The translations under genes were made by a program, and so were the position numbers. A stretch of DNA of 64,000 nt. Source: an uncultured virus (IMG/VR IMGVR_UViG_3300031951_000023) (Duplodnaviria; Heunggongvirae; Uroviricota; Caudoviricetes). The notes below the pieces were generated by a model. That model ran no database searches and was not told where the DNA came from. It saw only the letters and a list, made by a program, of their open reading frames with translations. Below, piece by piece: positions 42,804-53,252 of the stretch (position 1 is the first letter of the stretch; each line of letters starts with the position of its first letter). The stretch lies in the IMG/VR virus record IMGVR_UViG_3300031951_000023; one strand, 5' to 3'.

Positions 42804-45683
42804 ATGTCGATGTCTAGCAAGACTCTACAGCATCTAAAAGAATGCCGTTCACTAATGCGCGAATACCTTGCCGGTTGGGGCAGCGAAAAGTCTGCAGCTC
42901 TTGGCGGCGACGGTAACGATACGCAGTTTGAGCAAGCTTTTAGCAACTTGGCTCATGCGTTCATCAAGGACAAAGCACCTTCGTTGCTTGATTACGAAGT
43001 TGGCTTCCAGCTGATGGACAGAAATGACGACAACACTAAAGCCGTTGGCGTATTTGGATTTAAGATTGGTTCTCAGTGGCTATACTGCCCAGTCTTCTTT
43101 CTAAACGGCGATCTAAAGGGAACGGAGCTTCTGTATATCAAAGATCAGGATCAGTTCGTTCCTCTAAAGGAAAACTGGCTGAACTATATTCTTCGCCGCA
43201 AGCCTATGAGCCTTGGCAGCGAGACAAACAGAAACCTTCAGGCTCTAGGCGTTCTATCTCCAGACCTGCAGGCATTTTCAAGGCCTCCAGCCAAGTTTGC
43301 TTCTGACAATCGTGGAAGCATGTTGGACGGAAAGATTGCTTTTGCCCATTTTGCCACCAGCAATCCTCTGAATGACAGCAAGTACGAAGGTATAAAAGAC
43401 TTGCCTGGCTTTTTGAAGGCTGCCGGAAAAGAAACGGTACTGGCCCTTCTAGACGGCATGGAAAAGTATCCAGCCATCATGGACTCTATCGGCAAGTTTT
43501 ATAAAAGCAGCGAGCTAAAAGAAGCTGTCAAGGAAGCCGCCGATCATTCAAACAATACTGGACTTGTTTCTATAGATGCAGTCAATAAGGCGCGTGCTAA
43601 TCAGGCTGCCAGCTTAGTAGGAGCTAGCTCCGCAGGCCCTCTAGGAGCTTTAACTAGCTCTGTCGCTAACCCATTGACTGGACCAAAACAACCTAAGGCA
43701 GTTAATCAGCCAAAGGCTGAAGAGCCAAAAGTTGCTCCTCCGCCGCCCGCAAAAAAACAAGAAAACTGGTACGACCCTATCGTATCTGGCTACAACGCTG
43801 TAGAAGATTACGCTGGAGTTATCCCAGGTCTGAACTACATACCTCAAGGATTTAGAATTCCAGCCGTAGGTCTAGGCCTAGGCGGAGCTTACGCTCTTTA
43901 CAACGCGCTTACTTCCAAAAGGCGTCGTAGAGACGATGACGACGAATACTACAAGGAAGGAGCAGCCAAGAAAGGTCCTTTCCAGGAAATGATGGAAAGT
44001 ATCGATAAGAAAAAGAAGCCAAAGCAGAAGTCTCCAACTGCCGGCAAGGGAGTTCTTGAAGCCAAGAATGGCGACATGACCAAGAAGGCAGGCACTGTAG
44101 CTGTACTTACTATGAAGACCGTGGTGCAGCGCGGTGTGGCTTTTGAGCCTACTGACAAGGAAAAAGAAAAAATCTTGTCTGAAGGATTCTCGATCCGTGA
44201 CGAAAGGCCAGAGACCGGAATAGCTTACGAGGTTCAAACGCCTCTGAAGCTAACCAATCCTCCTCAAACTGGCGTTTATGACATACTTTGCCGCCCATCT
44301 TCTTTCTGCAAGTCTTTGGTTATCCACGGACCAGTAGGTCCTAAGGGAACAGCCAACTTTGCTACCATCGTAGACCTAGACGATGAAAAGAAGTCATGGA
44401 CAAACATTCACGCTGGTCATCTCTGGTCTCGTGAAAGAGAGACTCAGGAAGACGATTGCGTTAAATTGTGCGAAAGTCTTCCAGAAGCCAAGCCATCTGC
44501 CCTAAAGGAAGACGGCTGCTACATAATCTTCTGCCATGGAAGGGAAGGAACGCTTCCTTTCAGGGTTGTGGAGAAACTTGAAGAAGACGACGCTGGCGCT
44601 TCTTTCAAAGTCCACTTTATGGACTACGCCTCAACAGATCGTCCTGGCTATCTTCCAAAGATGGAAGGAAACAAGGACAGCTATTGGGGTTATGGACGCG
44701 ACGGTCACAATATTGGCTGGGGTTGCGGATGCTCATCCATCCTACACCTGACCAATAAGACCGGCGGTCGGCTCAGGAACATGAACAACGAAGTTTATGT
44801 TCCTGAGGGCTTTAAGGTAATCAAGCTAGAAGAGCCTGGAGACCATCACGCTGACCGTAGCGAGAAGTCTCCAGTAGCCTATGGCAATCTTCTTGACCTT
44901 CAGAAGGCCATCTACGAAAAGACAGCTTCTCTTAACGTCAAGCATAACGGAACGGAAGTTCTTGTTAATGACGTAAGGCTTACACCAAAGACAGCAGTCA
45001 TTCACCTTGTTCGCGACTGGTCTCTAAGGGAAAAGCAGGCAAGAGCCATAATTGAAAAGGCGGCTGCCAAAAAGTCTGTGGACTTTGTGGTATCTCCTCC
45101 TGAGTGGCTTGAAACCTTAGTAAAGGAAGCTGCTCCTGGAGATCCTATCGATCCAAGAATGGGCGGAACAACCAGCGTTCCTCCTTTCCCCTCTCCTCCT
45201 TCAGGCCTAGAGCAGACAATGTTGGGCAGCGTTCAGTCGCTGTATCCCCAGCAAGAAGCTCTGCCTGTCATGCCGTCTTCCAGCCAGCTGGTTGGTAACG
45301 AACAGCTTTATGACCCAAGGCTTCCTGACCCCAAGACTATGGCTATCGGCTACAACGCCGCACAGTCTGGGCAAAAAGAAGTGTTTGATACTGCTATGAT
45401 GGGTTCACTTCTTAAAAACGTAAGAAGTGATAGCATGATAGATCAGCACCTCGGTGATCTGATGAAGGGCCTGGACAGAATTGGCAGAATTATGTTCTCC
45501 TTCTACTGGCACGGAGACGAGATGCAAGATCGCTACGGAAAGAAAGACATGCCTGAGTTGGAAGAATCTCTCAGGAATGCTTTTGAAGCCGTAGGGGATG
45601 TGGTCTTGTTCCTCAAGCAAAAGACTGTTGAGCCATTCCCTGACGAAGGGTTCAGCGCAGACCTGTCAGATACAGCCGATTGA
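42804..45683 (+). CDS. Large putative head structural protein with many KxA motifs
   Basis: 959-aa ORF in the head cluster; no family recognised. Confidence 0.6.
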   Translation: MSMSSKTLQHLKECRSLMREYLAGWGSEKSAALGGDGNDTQFEQAFSNLAHAFIKDKAPSLLDYEVGFQLMDRNDDNTKAVGVFGFKIGSQWLYCPVFFLNGDLKGTELLYIKDQDQFVPLKENWLNYILRRKPMSLGSETNRNLQALGVLSPDLQAFSRPPAKFASDNRGSMLDGKIAFAHFATSNPLNDSKYEGIKDLPGFLKAAGKETVLALLDGMEKYPAIMDSIGKFYKSSELKEAVKEAADHSNNTGLVSIDAVNKARANQAASLVGASSAGPLGALTSSVANPLTGPKQPKAVNQPKAEEPKVAPPPPAKKQENWYDPIVSGYNAVEDYAGVIPGLNYIPQGFRIPAVGLGLGGAYALYNALTSKRRRRDDDDEYYKEGAAKKGPFQEMMESIDKKKKPKQKSPTAGKGVLEAKNGDMTKKAGTVAVLTMKTVVQRGVAFEPTDKEKEKILSEGFSIRDERPETGIAYEVQTPLKLTNPPQTGVYDILCRPSSFCKSLVIHGPVGPKGTANFATIVDLDDEKKSWTNIHAGHLWSRERETQEDDCVKLCESLPEAKPSALKEDGCYIIFCHGREGTLPFRVVEKLEEDDAGASFKVHFMDYASTDRPGYLPKMEGNKDSYWGYGRDGHNIGWGCGCSSILHLTNKTGGRLRNMNNEVYVPEGFKVIKLEEPGDHHADRSEKSPVAYGNLLDLQKAIYEKTASLNVKHNGTEVLVNDVRLTPKTAVIHLVRDWSLREKQARAIIEKAAAKKSVDFVVSPPEWLETLVKEAAPGDPIDPRMGGTTSVPPFPSPPSGLEQTMLGSVQSLYPQQEALPVMPSSSQLVGNEQLYDPRLPDPKTMAIGYNAAQSGQKEVFDTAMMGSLLKNVRSDSMIDQHLGDLMKGLDRIGRIMFSFYWHGDEMQDRYGKKDMPELEESLRNAFEAVGDVVLFLKQKTVEPFPDEGFSADLSDTAD

Positions 45684-45696
45684 TTAGGAGCTAACG

Positions 45697-46137
45697 ATGC
45701 GTATATACGAACGTAGGGTCTGCAGCCTAAGTGCGCCATGCGGGCAAACAACCTGCTGGCAGATAGGCTTTCCTCCAGAAGCTCAGATAAAGAGGTTGTT
45801 GGTCAAGCAGACTGGAGGATCGACGGCTAACTTTACAGTAACCGTCTATAACTCTCTGGCCGCTTGTCAGCCTAACTCATCTTCTATTGGAGATTCTGAC
45901 GGACCTTCAGGTCCAGCCAAGTGCATAGCTTCTCCAGACATGTATGTGGTATTTCCTCCAACTGCCGGAACAGCCGGAGAGCTTATGGAAATATCAGACA
46001 ACTTTGGACGCGCATTCCGTAACCAAGACGGAACATACACATTGCCAGTTAAGAAAATTTATGTCCAAATCACTCCTGTAGGCAGCGGTGACGCTACCTG
46101 GGATTTGGTAATCGGTGGTGATGTGGACGTAGGCTGA
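45697..46137 (+). CDS. Hypothetical beta-rich (possibly structural) protein
   Basis: AGGAG RBS. Confidence 0.6.
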   Translation: MRIYERRVCSLSAPCGQTTCWQIGFPPEAQIKRLLVKQTGGSTANFTVTVYNSLAACQPNSSSIGDSDGPSGPAKCIASPDMYVVFPPTAGTAGELMEISDNFGRAFRNQDGTYTLPVKKIYVQITPVGSGDATWDLVIGGDVDVG

Positions 46138-47087
46138 TGCTTGAACTCGTAAAGGAAAGCTTTCTAAGAGCGCCAGACTGGCGTTGGAAGAGAGCTACCC
46201 ACTGCAGAGAAAAAAGAAAAAGGCTAAAGCCAGCAGACTCGGATTCTTTTCTAGTTGAGGCTTTGCGGTTTTCTAACGAGTACTTTGCCAGAAGAGAATC
46301 GGACACGTTTGACGAGCTTGATATATACGAAGATTATCCTTTGATGCATCAAGCTTATACTTTGTATTCAAAAGATGGGGCTTCTGATCTTAGATGGGAA
46401 GTAGAAGCCAGGCTTCTAAGCGGGCAGACAGACGAGGAAATAGCTAAGCTGACTTCTGCCAGCCCTGAAGTTATAGACCTTTACGAAAAAGTATTTTTCA
46501 ACGTGAGGGACAGGCTAGATAGCTCCAGCTACATAATCCAGGTGGTGATGGGCAGATCCATACACCAAGGGGTTTCTGACAGAGACTATGACCTTATCTG
46601 GAAGATGTATGGCTATCACGGCGGTCCTGACATTTTGAGCGCGTTCATAAACAGAACAGGATTAGTAGGTCTAGGGCGTAATCCAATATCCAAAGATGAT
46701 ATTAAAGGAATTTTGGACGACGCTCACGGTTTGGTTAATTCGGTGAGAGCCGCAGTTGCCAACATAGTTGAACCAATAAACGGATTTACTGCCCACAACA
46801 TAAAGAGTATCGCGCTTGAATATAAGAAGGCAGAGCTGGCTAGCGCGGCACCTGGATCAGAAGGTTTAGTAGGTAAAAAGCTTACTGAGGTTATGCTTAG
46901 TTTGCCTTGGTCAAGCGGTAACGGTACGATAAAGCATCCTGTACTTGATTGCATGAAAGATATGGATGGCTGGTCTGCTGAACCGAGGATTAGAGAAATA
47001 GGGTTAATTTTAAACGGCGGGGTAACTGAAGAACCTATTCAAGAGATGCGCTTGCCTGAGCCGGAGGGTGATAATGGCCATAAATAG
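46137..47087 (+). CDS. Hypothetical protein
   Basis: TGATG coupling; possible HTH-like segment (EARLLSGQTDEEIAKLT). Confidence 0.65.
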   Translation: MLELVKESFLRAPDWRWKRATHCREKRKRLKPADSDSFLVEALRFSNEYFARRESDTFDELDIYEDYPLMHQAYTLYSKDGASDLRWEVEARLLSGQTDEEIAKLTSASPEVIDLYEKVFFNVRDRLDSSSYIIQVVMGRSIHQGVSDRDYDLIWKMYGYHGGPDILSAFINRTGLVGLGRNPISKDDIKGILDDAHGLVNSVRAAVANIVEPINGFTAHNIKSIALEYKKAELASAAPGSEGLVGKKLTEVMLSLPWSSGNGTIKHPVLDCMKDMDGWSAEPRIREIGLILNGGVTEEPIQEMRLPEPEGDNGHK

Positions 47088-48465
47088 GCTTAGCAAAGAA
47101 GCTGAGCGAAACATAACTGAAGCACTTGAGAAAGTAGCTGAGATGGTTGCGGACGGATCGCATCCAGACGAAGCTATTGTAAAAGTGGCTTCTGAAAGGT
47201 CTCTACCCGCTGGACACGTTAACCTTATGGTTAACGCGTTCAATACAGGCAGAGCCGAAACTCAAAGAAAAATAGGCGGCGATATATTCGAAAAAGCCGC
47301 TGAGTTTGATTTAGCCGACGCTGAAAACATTCTTGGGAAAATGTTTCCCAAGTCTGTAAAGACGGCTAGTCAAATTCATACCGAGACAGCGGTGTCAGAA
47401 GAATATTCTGCTCCGCCTACTTGGTACAAGAGACACGTGAAAGCGGCAGCCGCAAAACTTGAGCTGCCACCTCTTGTGACAAAAGCCGGTAAAGCTATCA
47501 CTGGCGTTGAGCCTCTTCCCACAGATCCTGTGGAAGCTATGAAGAAAGCTCACTGCCGAATGCTAGACGCAGCCAGAGAGTTGGATAACCAAAGAGGTGT
47601 AGCTTCCGCCGCACACGACAAGCTTGTTGGATCTATAACAAAGCTTGGCGAATACTTTAGAAAAACTGACTGCGAGCCTTTCCTTGGCGTAAAAGGCAAC
47701 ATGACCAGGATCTTCGGCAAGAAAGCTGAAGCCCTGTTCTCGATACTTGAGAAAAGAAACAGGTCTTTGACCAAGCAAGCCGGATCAGGAAAAGAATTCT
47801 TTTCTTTGGTCGAATTCTCCAAGCAGCCTTACAGCCTAGTAAAAGAATGCTTGGAAAACGCAGAAGACTATTTGAAAAAGCAGGCTTCTTTTGAAGAATT
47901 TCAAAAGAAAGCTTCTGCCTTGTCGGAGGAAACCCTCCTCCCTTTTGTCGTACCCCAGGACCAAGCAACGAGCCTTGGGGTCCTGGGGTCGTTTGAAAAG
48001 AAGTCTAATCTAGGAGCTCTTGCCGCAGGTTATATTCTTTCTCCTGCGGCAGGGGCTACAGCGGCTGGCAAAGAGCTGGCTATGTCTACGTCTGTGCCTA
48101 GCACAGCAGACGCCAGACTAAGCTGGGCCAAGAGAACATCAGATCCAATACAGGCAGCGACACTTCGCAACATAGAAGCTCAGTCGATGCTTACAGATCT
48201 GATGGCAAACGACGATGTGATAAGCACTTATGATCCTGACGCAGTTCTGGATCACTACAACCAAATTAGCGAGTTGGCTCCAAGGGCTTCAACTCAAGAG
48301 TCTTTAGTGCGGTCAATACTTAGAAAAAGGCTAGCTTCTGGTAATAACGTAGACCCTTACGAAATAGACCAGCTGCTAAGTATTGAGTCTAAGCTTAAGG
48401 ACCGCGATACCGACTCTTCCTTACAGAGAAAAGTCGAAGGGTCTCCTACGCTTGGAGTTATCTGA
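47074..48465 (+). CDS. Putative head core protein, very rich in KxA motifs
   Basis: GGAGGG RBS; more than 10 KxA/S motifs. Confidence 0.6.
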   Translation: MAINRLSKEAERNITEALEKVAEMVADGSHPDEAIVKVASERSLPAGHVNLMVNAFNTGRAETQRKIGGDIFEKAAEFDLADAENILGKMFPKSVKTASQIHTETAVSEEYSAPPTWYKRHVKAAAAKLELPPLVTKAGKAITGVEPLPTDPVEAMKKAHCRMLDAARELDNQRGVASAAHDKLVGSITKLGEYFRKTDCEPFLGVKGNMTRIFGKKAEALFSILEKRNRSLTKQAGSGKEFFSLVEFSKQPYSLVKECLENAEDYLKKQASFEEFQKKASALSEETLLPFVVPQDQATSLGVLGSFEKKSNLGALAAGYILSPAAGATAAGKELAMSTSVPSTADARLSWAKRTSDPIQAATLRNIEAQSMLTDLMANDDVISTYDPDAVLDHYNQISELAPRASTQESLVRSILRKRLASGNNVDPYEIDQLLSIESKLKDRDTDSSLQRKVEGSPTLGVI

Positions 48466-49946
48466 TGGAAGTAAAGCAAGCGGTAGAAGCTCTTTTTGAA
48501 AAGAAAGCTTTTGCTGAAAAATCTAACACTTTGGAGAAAGCCGGAGTTTATCCAGACTGGGCTGACGGTGTTAGAACTTCCGCCGCTGCTTATTATGAAA
48601 AAATTGGTTTAACAAAAGAAGCAGAAGACAACAAGCCTGCAGCAAAAAGCAGTGTATTGCCAGGAGCTCTTCTTGGACTGGGAGCAGGCGCTTTGGGCGG
48701 CGGTTTGCTGGGACTTAGCCGGCATAAGAAAAAGAAAATGCGGGCTATTTCTGACGCCGCCTTGTTCGGGCTTCTTGGCTCAGCTCTAGGTGCCGGCGGC
48801 GGAGCTTTGTATGACAGGTCTTCAGAATCTGCTGAAGAGCTAAAAAGGAAAGCAGAAGAAAATATTTTACCTTCTGCTAGACCAGCTAATAGCTCAATAG
48901 CTAGAGACACAGCAACAATAGCTAGAGATGTTTCAAGGGATACAAACATAATTAATAACTTTTTTAGAGCAAGGTTGGCTCCAACCGCAGCTTTAGGTTC
49001 TGCCTTGTTTGGAGGCGCTGCGACCATTGGTGAAGGTGTTGAAGGTTTCAACAGAGGCCAGGCTAACATGAAATACATGTTTAGGCCTGACTTTCAGAAA
49101 AACTTACAGGCTTTTTGGCCCGCGCTTAAAAACGCTCTTCCAGCCACTAGTGCAATACCAAACAACCCTAATACTGAAGCAAACTTTAATAAAGGAATAA
49201 AAGAATTTGTTTCATACATGGAATCCCCGTCTAGCGGTTTTAGAAAATTTATAACAGACCCTAAACAAATGAAAAAATTGGTTGAAGATCCAAGAACAGC
49301 GCTGGGCGGTTCGCCATTATCTGAATTCTTTGAAAGTATGGATCAAACTCAAAGACAAAGTTTTGTAAAAAGCTTATCAGAAGTAGGCTCTGGAGAAAGG
49401 GAGGGTTTAGTAAAAAGCTATCTTAAAGCTCCAAGCCCTAAAATAAACGCAGGATCATTATTACGGCTACCTCAAACTGTAGGAGAGTACGTTGCTTATG
49501 GCGGACGAGCTCCTACACACAAACAAAGGTTAGTAGACTCAAAAGCCACTCAGCCGTCGTCTTCGCACGTGTCTGAGCCTTTAATTACAAGATTAACTAG
49601 AAATGCTGGAAGCAAAGCTGGGCTAATAGGTCTAACCCTAGCTGGAACAACTGCTGTTAATCCCAGCCTGGTTGACGCTAGTCCAGATCAAGAAAGAATG
49701 CGGCAATTGCATAATTTATTGAATATTTATAAAGGTAGAACCGAGGCAGAGCTGGCTAGTGGGGAAATAACGCCTGAAAAAGCTAAAGAGCAGGGAAGTT
49801 TCTTGCAAAATATTCTTGAACAAAACCCTAAACAAGACTGGTATGGTCTTTACACCAAGCCTTTAAGCAGAGACAAGCTGGAAGCCATAGTTGGCGACAT
49901 ACAGAGAGCCACAACTAAAGGCGGATTCCCACTTTTTGACGAATAA
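48465..49946 (+). CDS. Glycine-zipper membrane protein with KxA leader
   Basis: GALLGLGAGALGGGLLGLSRHKKKK...GLLGSALGAGGGALY. Confidence 0.65.
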   Translation: MEVKQAVEALFEKKAFAEKSNTLEKAGVYPDWADGVRTSAAAYYEKIGLTKEAEDNKPAAKSSVLPGALLGLGAGALGGGLLGLSRHKKKKMRAISDAALFGLLGSALGAGGGALYDRSSESAEELKRKAEENILPSARPANSSIARDTATIARDVSRDTNIINNFFRARLAPTAALGSALFGGAATIGEGVEGFNRGQANMKYMFRPDFQKNLQAFWPALKNALPATSAIPNNPNTEANFNKGIKEFVSYMESPSSGFRKFITDPKQMKKLVEDPRTALGGSPLSEFFESMDQTQRQSFVKSLSEVGSGEREGLVKSYLKAPSPKINAGSLLRLPQTVGEYVAYGGRAPTHKQRLVDSKATQPSSSHVSEPLITRLTRNAGSKAGLIGLTLAGTTAVNPSLVDASPDQERMRQLHNLLNIYKGRTEAELASGEITPEKAKEQGSFLQNILEQNPKQDWYGLYTKPLSRDKLEAIVGDIQRATTKGGFPLFDE

Positions 49947-49955
49947 GAGGATGCC

Positions 49956-51434
49956 ATGATAAAGATAACTTCTCCAGACTCCCAAGACTTTGGCGTACCA
50001 GCTGTAGAGATGGTAAAGCAATCAAGTCGCGGGCTTCGCGGCGACGATCTTAAGTCATTTATAAAAAGAGCTGGGCATGAATTCGCTGATAAACTTCGCG
50101 ATGTCAACGTCGCGCCAGGTGAGCAGCTCGTTCACCTTATTGCTATTGGAGCTACGGAGTCATACGGTCCAAACCGTAACGGAGACGGTTTCAAGTCTGC
50201 GACTTGCCGCAAATACCATCCTACGTTCGTCAAACACGCTAGGTGGTACCGCAACCACCAAAATAAAGATGAAGCGAAAAGTTATGGCATTATCAAAATG
50301 TCGGCGTTCAACGAGGCGATGAAGCGTATTGAGCTGCTTGTAGCGCTTAACGGCACTAAAGAAGCAGCTGACCGCAACAAAGGCCTGGTTGCTGACAAGG
50401 AAATGCAAAAAATAGCCTCCGGTTCAAATGACTGGGGCGTTTCCATGGCTTGTAGGGTTCCTTTTGACGTTTGCAGCGGTTGTGGCAACAAAGCCGCTAA
50501 CAGGTCTACTTACTGCACAGAAAGAAACTGTAAGTACGGCGGATGCTATAACAACCTGACAAAAGTGGCCGCTGATGGTCATGTACTGCATGTGGACAAC
50601 CCTGACCCTACTTGGTTTGATATTTCTGACGTTTATCGACCCGCCGACAGAATTGCTTACGTTTTTGGCCACATGAAGGCGGCTAACGCCAGTCAAGTGG
50701 CTGGAGGAGCTCTTTTAGCTGAAGAAATGGGTGTGACAGCTCCTTTCAGGCTGTGTTTTGAAAATATGCCTGAAAGGTCAGCTTCTTTGCTCAAACTTGC
50801 CTACGAACTTGCAGAAATGGAAAGTTCTCTAGAAAACGGCAAGTTTGGAGTGTCTCAGAAGGACTCAACCATTCTTGACGATAAGAAAACGGCTTTGACC
50901 GACGTTCCTATGGGAAAAATGGCCGGAGTGCAGATTTGGAGGGCTTTGAGCCGCGAAAAAGTGGCTTTGAGCGTAAAAGACTGGCTAGACCTGGTAGGAA
51001 AAGACTCAAACAGCATAATTTTGAAGTCTGCGTCCTATAAAGACGTAGAAGCAAGGCTTCCAGGCGTTTTTTCTAGACTTATAAGTGATTCTGCAAGTTT
51101 TGAGCAGTGTTTGGAAGAAAGAACTTGTGACCCGTCTATGGCTTTCCCAAGCGAAAAGATTCAGCAATGGGCTCACAAGGTAGCAGTTTCAAAGTCGATA
51201 AGACCTAATTTGTTTGAAAAGCGTATTTTCAAGCAAGTTTTGTCTGGAAATACTAAGCAAGCAAGTTTTAGAGCTAGAAATTCTGAACTGGTTAAAACAG
51301 CAGCTACAGACGATAGCGAACAACTAGCTAGACGTTATGCTGCTTACCAGCTATATTTCTTAAATGAGCTCAAGAGCGAACCGAATTTCAGTTGGTATAA
51401 GGAGCACGCCGTACGCTCCAATTACCTATCTTGA
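49956..51434 (+). CDS. Putative prohead (capsid maturation) serine protease with Zn finger
   Basis: GPNRNGDGF, YRNH, VSMAC followed by CSGCGN...YC...C; directly upstream of scaffold and MCP. Confidence 0.65.
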   Translation: MIKITSPDSQDFGVPAVEMVKQSSRGLRGDDLKSFIKRAGHEFADKLRDVNVAPGEQLVHLIAIGATESYGPNRNGDGFKSATCRKYHPTFVKHARWYRNHQNKDEAKSYGIIKMSAFNEAMKRIELLVALNGTKEAADRNKGLVADKEMQKIASGSNDWGVSMACRVPFDVCSGCGNKAANRSTYCTERNCKYGGCYNNLTKVAADGHVLHVDNPDPTWFDISDVYRPADRIAYVFGHMKAANASQVAGGALLAEEMGVTAPFRLCFENMPERSASLLKLAYELAEMESSLENGKFGVSQKDSTILDDKKTALTDVPMGKMAGVQIWRALSREKVALSVKDWLDLVGKDSNSIILKSASYKDVEARLPGVFSRLISDSASFEQCLEERTCDPSMAFPSEKIQQWAHKVAVSKSIRPNLFEKRIFKQVLSGNTKQASFRARNSELVKTAATDDSEQLARRYAAYQLYFLNELKSEPNFSWYKEHAVRSNYLS

Positions 51435-51543
51435 AATCTGCAAGATTTACTCTTGCAGACTTAGTGCGTGATTTGGATAATTTTAAATAGAGGGTATACA
51501 TTACCGAACGGCGGGTTTGTATCCATTAGCGAGGAGTCCTGAA

Positions 51544-52824
51544 ATGGCTTTATTTGACGAGCTAAGGTCTTTCTTGGCCGAAGTAGAAGGACAGCAGGAG
51601 AAGGCTGCAGCTAGCAAAAAGAAAGCTGAAGCTAACACCGAAGCTGGTAGCTACGAAGGCGGAACCAGCCATCCTGTTAAGAGCGTGGACGATCAAACCG
51701 CCGACGCTCACGAAGGCACTCGTTCTTCTGAGAACACCGCCGACGTAAAAGCACAGGTTCCTGGCGGCGGCGTTGATTCCGCTACCGACTCAACACCAGA
51801 CCAAGAAGACCAGCAGTTTGATGTTGGTCTAAAGTCTACTTCGACTGGCGAAGACCCAGCCCACGAAGACGACTACAAGGGTGAAAAGGAAGACCCAGGC
51901 ACAAGCCATCCAGCCAAGACCGAAGACGGCGAGAAGTACAGCTCAATGAACTTCTCAAAGCTAAAGTCTTTGACTGAGAAGAAGGCTAACGCTCTTATTG
52001 CTGACATTTCAGTTGCTTTGACCAAGCAATCTGAATTAGTTGGCGATCAGCATAAGATTGACGCTAACAAGAACGGCAAAATTGATTCTGCCGACTTTCC
52101 CCTCTTAAAAAAAAAGAAAGGGGTAACGGAACAAAAAGAAACTAAGGAAGAAGCGGCTAAGACTGCAGCAGCTGTAGGTTACGACCAAGCTGTTCAAGCA
52201 GGCCAGCCTGCCGAAGCCAACGAAGCCGAGATTGAAGAGTTCTTCAAGACCGCTTCAGAAAATATCATCAGAGGGGCTCTTCAAGCCGCTGATTTGACTG
52301 GTGCTTATGTAGCTGAGTTTAATCGCCAGCTAGTAAAGAGCGCAGAAGAATCAGAAAAGCACGAAGCTGCGGAGAGCCCCGCTGAGGAGACTGCTGAGCA
52401 CGCTCCAGGCGGCGAAGAGTCTCACGAAGCCGGCGGTGACCTTGGTCTAACTGATGCCGACATGGCCGCTATGGCCGGTGGGCTAGGCGAAGAAGCAGGT
52501 CCCGAAGCCGGTTCTGCCGAAGTTCCTGGTGGTGACCAAGCAGCTGTAGATGAACTCTTGTCAGCTTTGGCTGAAATGGGTGTAAGCCCAGAAGAGATCA
52601 TGCAAGCGGCTGCTGGCGGCGAAGGTGCAGGGGCTATGCCTCCTGAAATGGGCGCTGCTCCAAAGATGGCTTCTGACAAGTCCAATAACCAAATTGTGAC
52701 TTTGATGAAAGCCGCCAAAGCCAGGCAGAAAAGCGGCAAATTCAGAATCTCTGATGCTAAGACTGCTGGACAACGGCAACTTCGCGAAGAGATCAAGAAA
52801 TGCATCGCTGACATCGTTGGTTGA
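51544..52824 (+). CDS. Putative scaffolding/core protein (acidic) with EF-hand-like module
   Basis: E/D/A/G-rich; DANKNGKIDSAD loop; lies between protease and MCP. Confidence 0.6.
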   Translation: MALFDELRSFLAEVEGQQEKAAASKKKAEANTEAGSYEGGTSHPVKSVDDQTADAHEGTRSSENTADVKAQVPGGGVDSATDSTPDQEDQQFDVGLKSTSTGEDPAHEDDYKGEKEDPGTSHPAKTEDGEKYSSMNFSKLKSLTEKKANALIADISVALTKQSELVGDQHKIDANKNGKIDSADFPLLKKKKGVTEQKETKEEAAKTAAAVGYDQAVQAGQPAEANEAEIEEFFKTASENIIRGALQAADLTGAYVAEFNRQLVKSAEESEKHEAAESPAEETAEHAPGGEESHEAGGDLGLTDADMAAMAGGLGEEAGPEAGSAEVPGGDQAAVDELLSALAEMGVSPEEIMQAAAGGEGAGAMPPEMGAAPKMASDKSNNQIVTLMKAAKARQKSGKFRISDAKTAGQRQLREEIKKCIADIVG

Positions 52825-52844
52825 TACGAAACTAGGAGGTAATC

Positions 52845-53228
52845 ATGAGCAATCTTCTTGCAGTAGTTGATTATGTCGAGTGCAGCGCCGCTGCTCTTGA
52901 CGCAGCCGATAAGCTGATCAAGCAGAGCGAAGCTGCCACTAAGAAGGCATCTGAGCTCATCCCCGCCGTGGTCGACGCCCTAGTCGCCCATGAGAGGATT
53001 GATCCCAAAGATCGCGAAAAGTGCGCTGCCCTTCTAAAGGACCCAGTCAAAGTGCTGGAAATCCTTGAGAAGACCGCTGACACCAATCGCACCATTAGGC
53101 CACGGCAGCTAGGCCATGCCGTGCAGGAAAAGAAGGCTTCAGCCCCTTCTCCTTACGTTGGCCTGCGTTCTTCTCAGGCCCGCGCCAGCGATCTGAGGTT
53201 CGATGAAGTTCTTGGTCTTAACGGTTAA
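52845..53228 (+). CDS. Small putative head assembly protein
   Basis: AGGAGGT RBS; KQS, KKA and KTA motifs. Confidence 0.6.
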   Translation: MSNLLAVVDYVECSAAALDAADKLIKQSEAATKKASELIPAVVDALVAHERIDPKDREKCAALLKDPVKVLEILEKTADTNRTIRPRQLGHAVQEKKASAPSPYVGLRSSQARASDLRFDEVLGLNG

Positions 53229-53252
53229 TTCTAACCTTAGGAGGTTTTTGAC

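Noticed and set aside
42804..45683. Portal protein call
   Set aside because: No portal motif recognised; position alone is insufficient.
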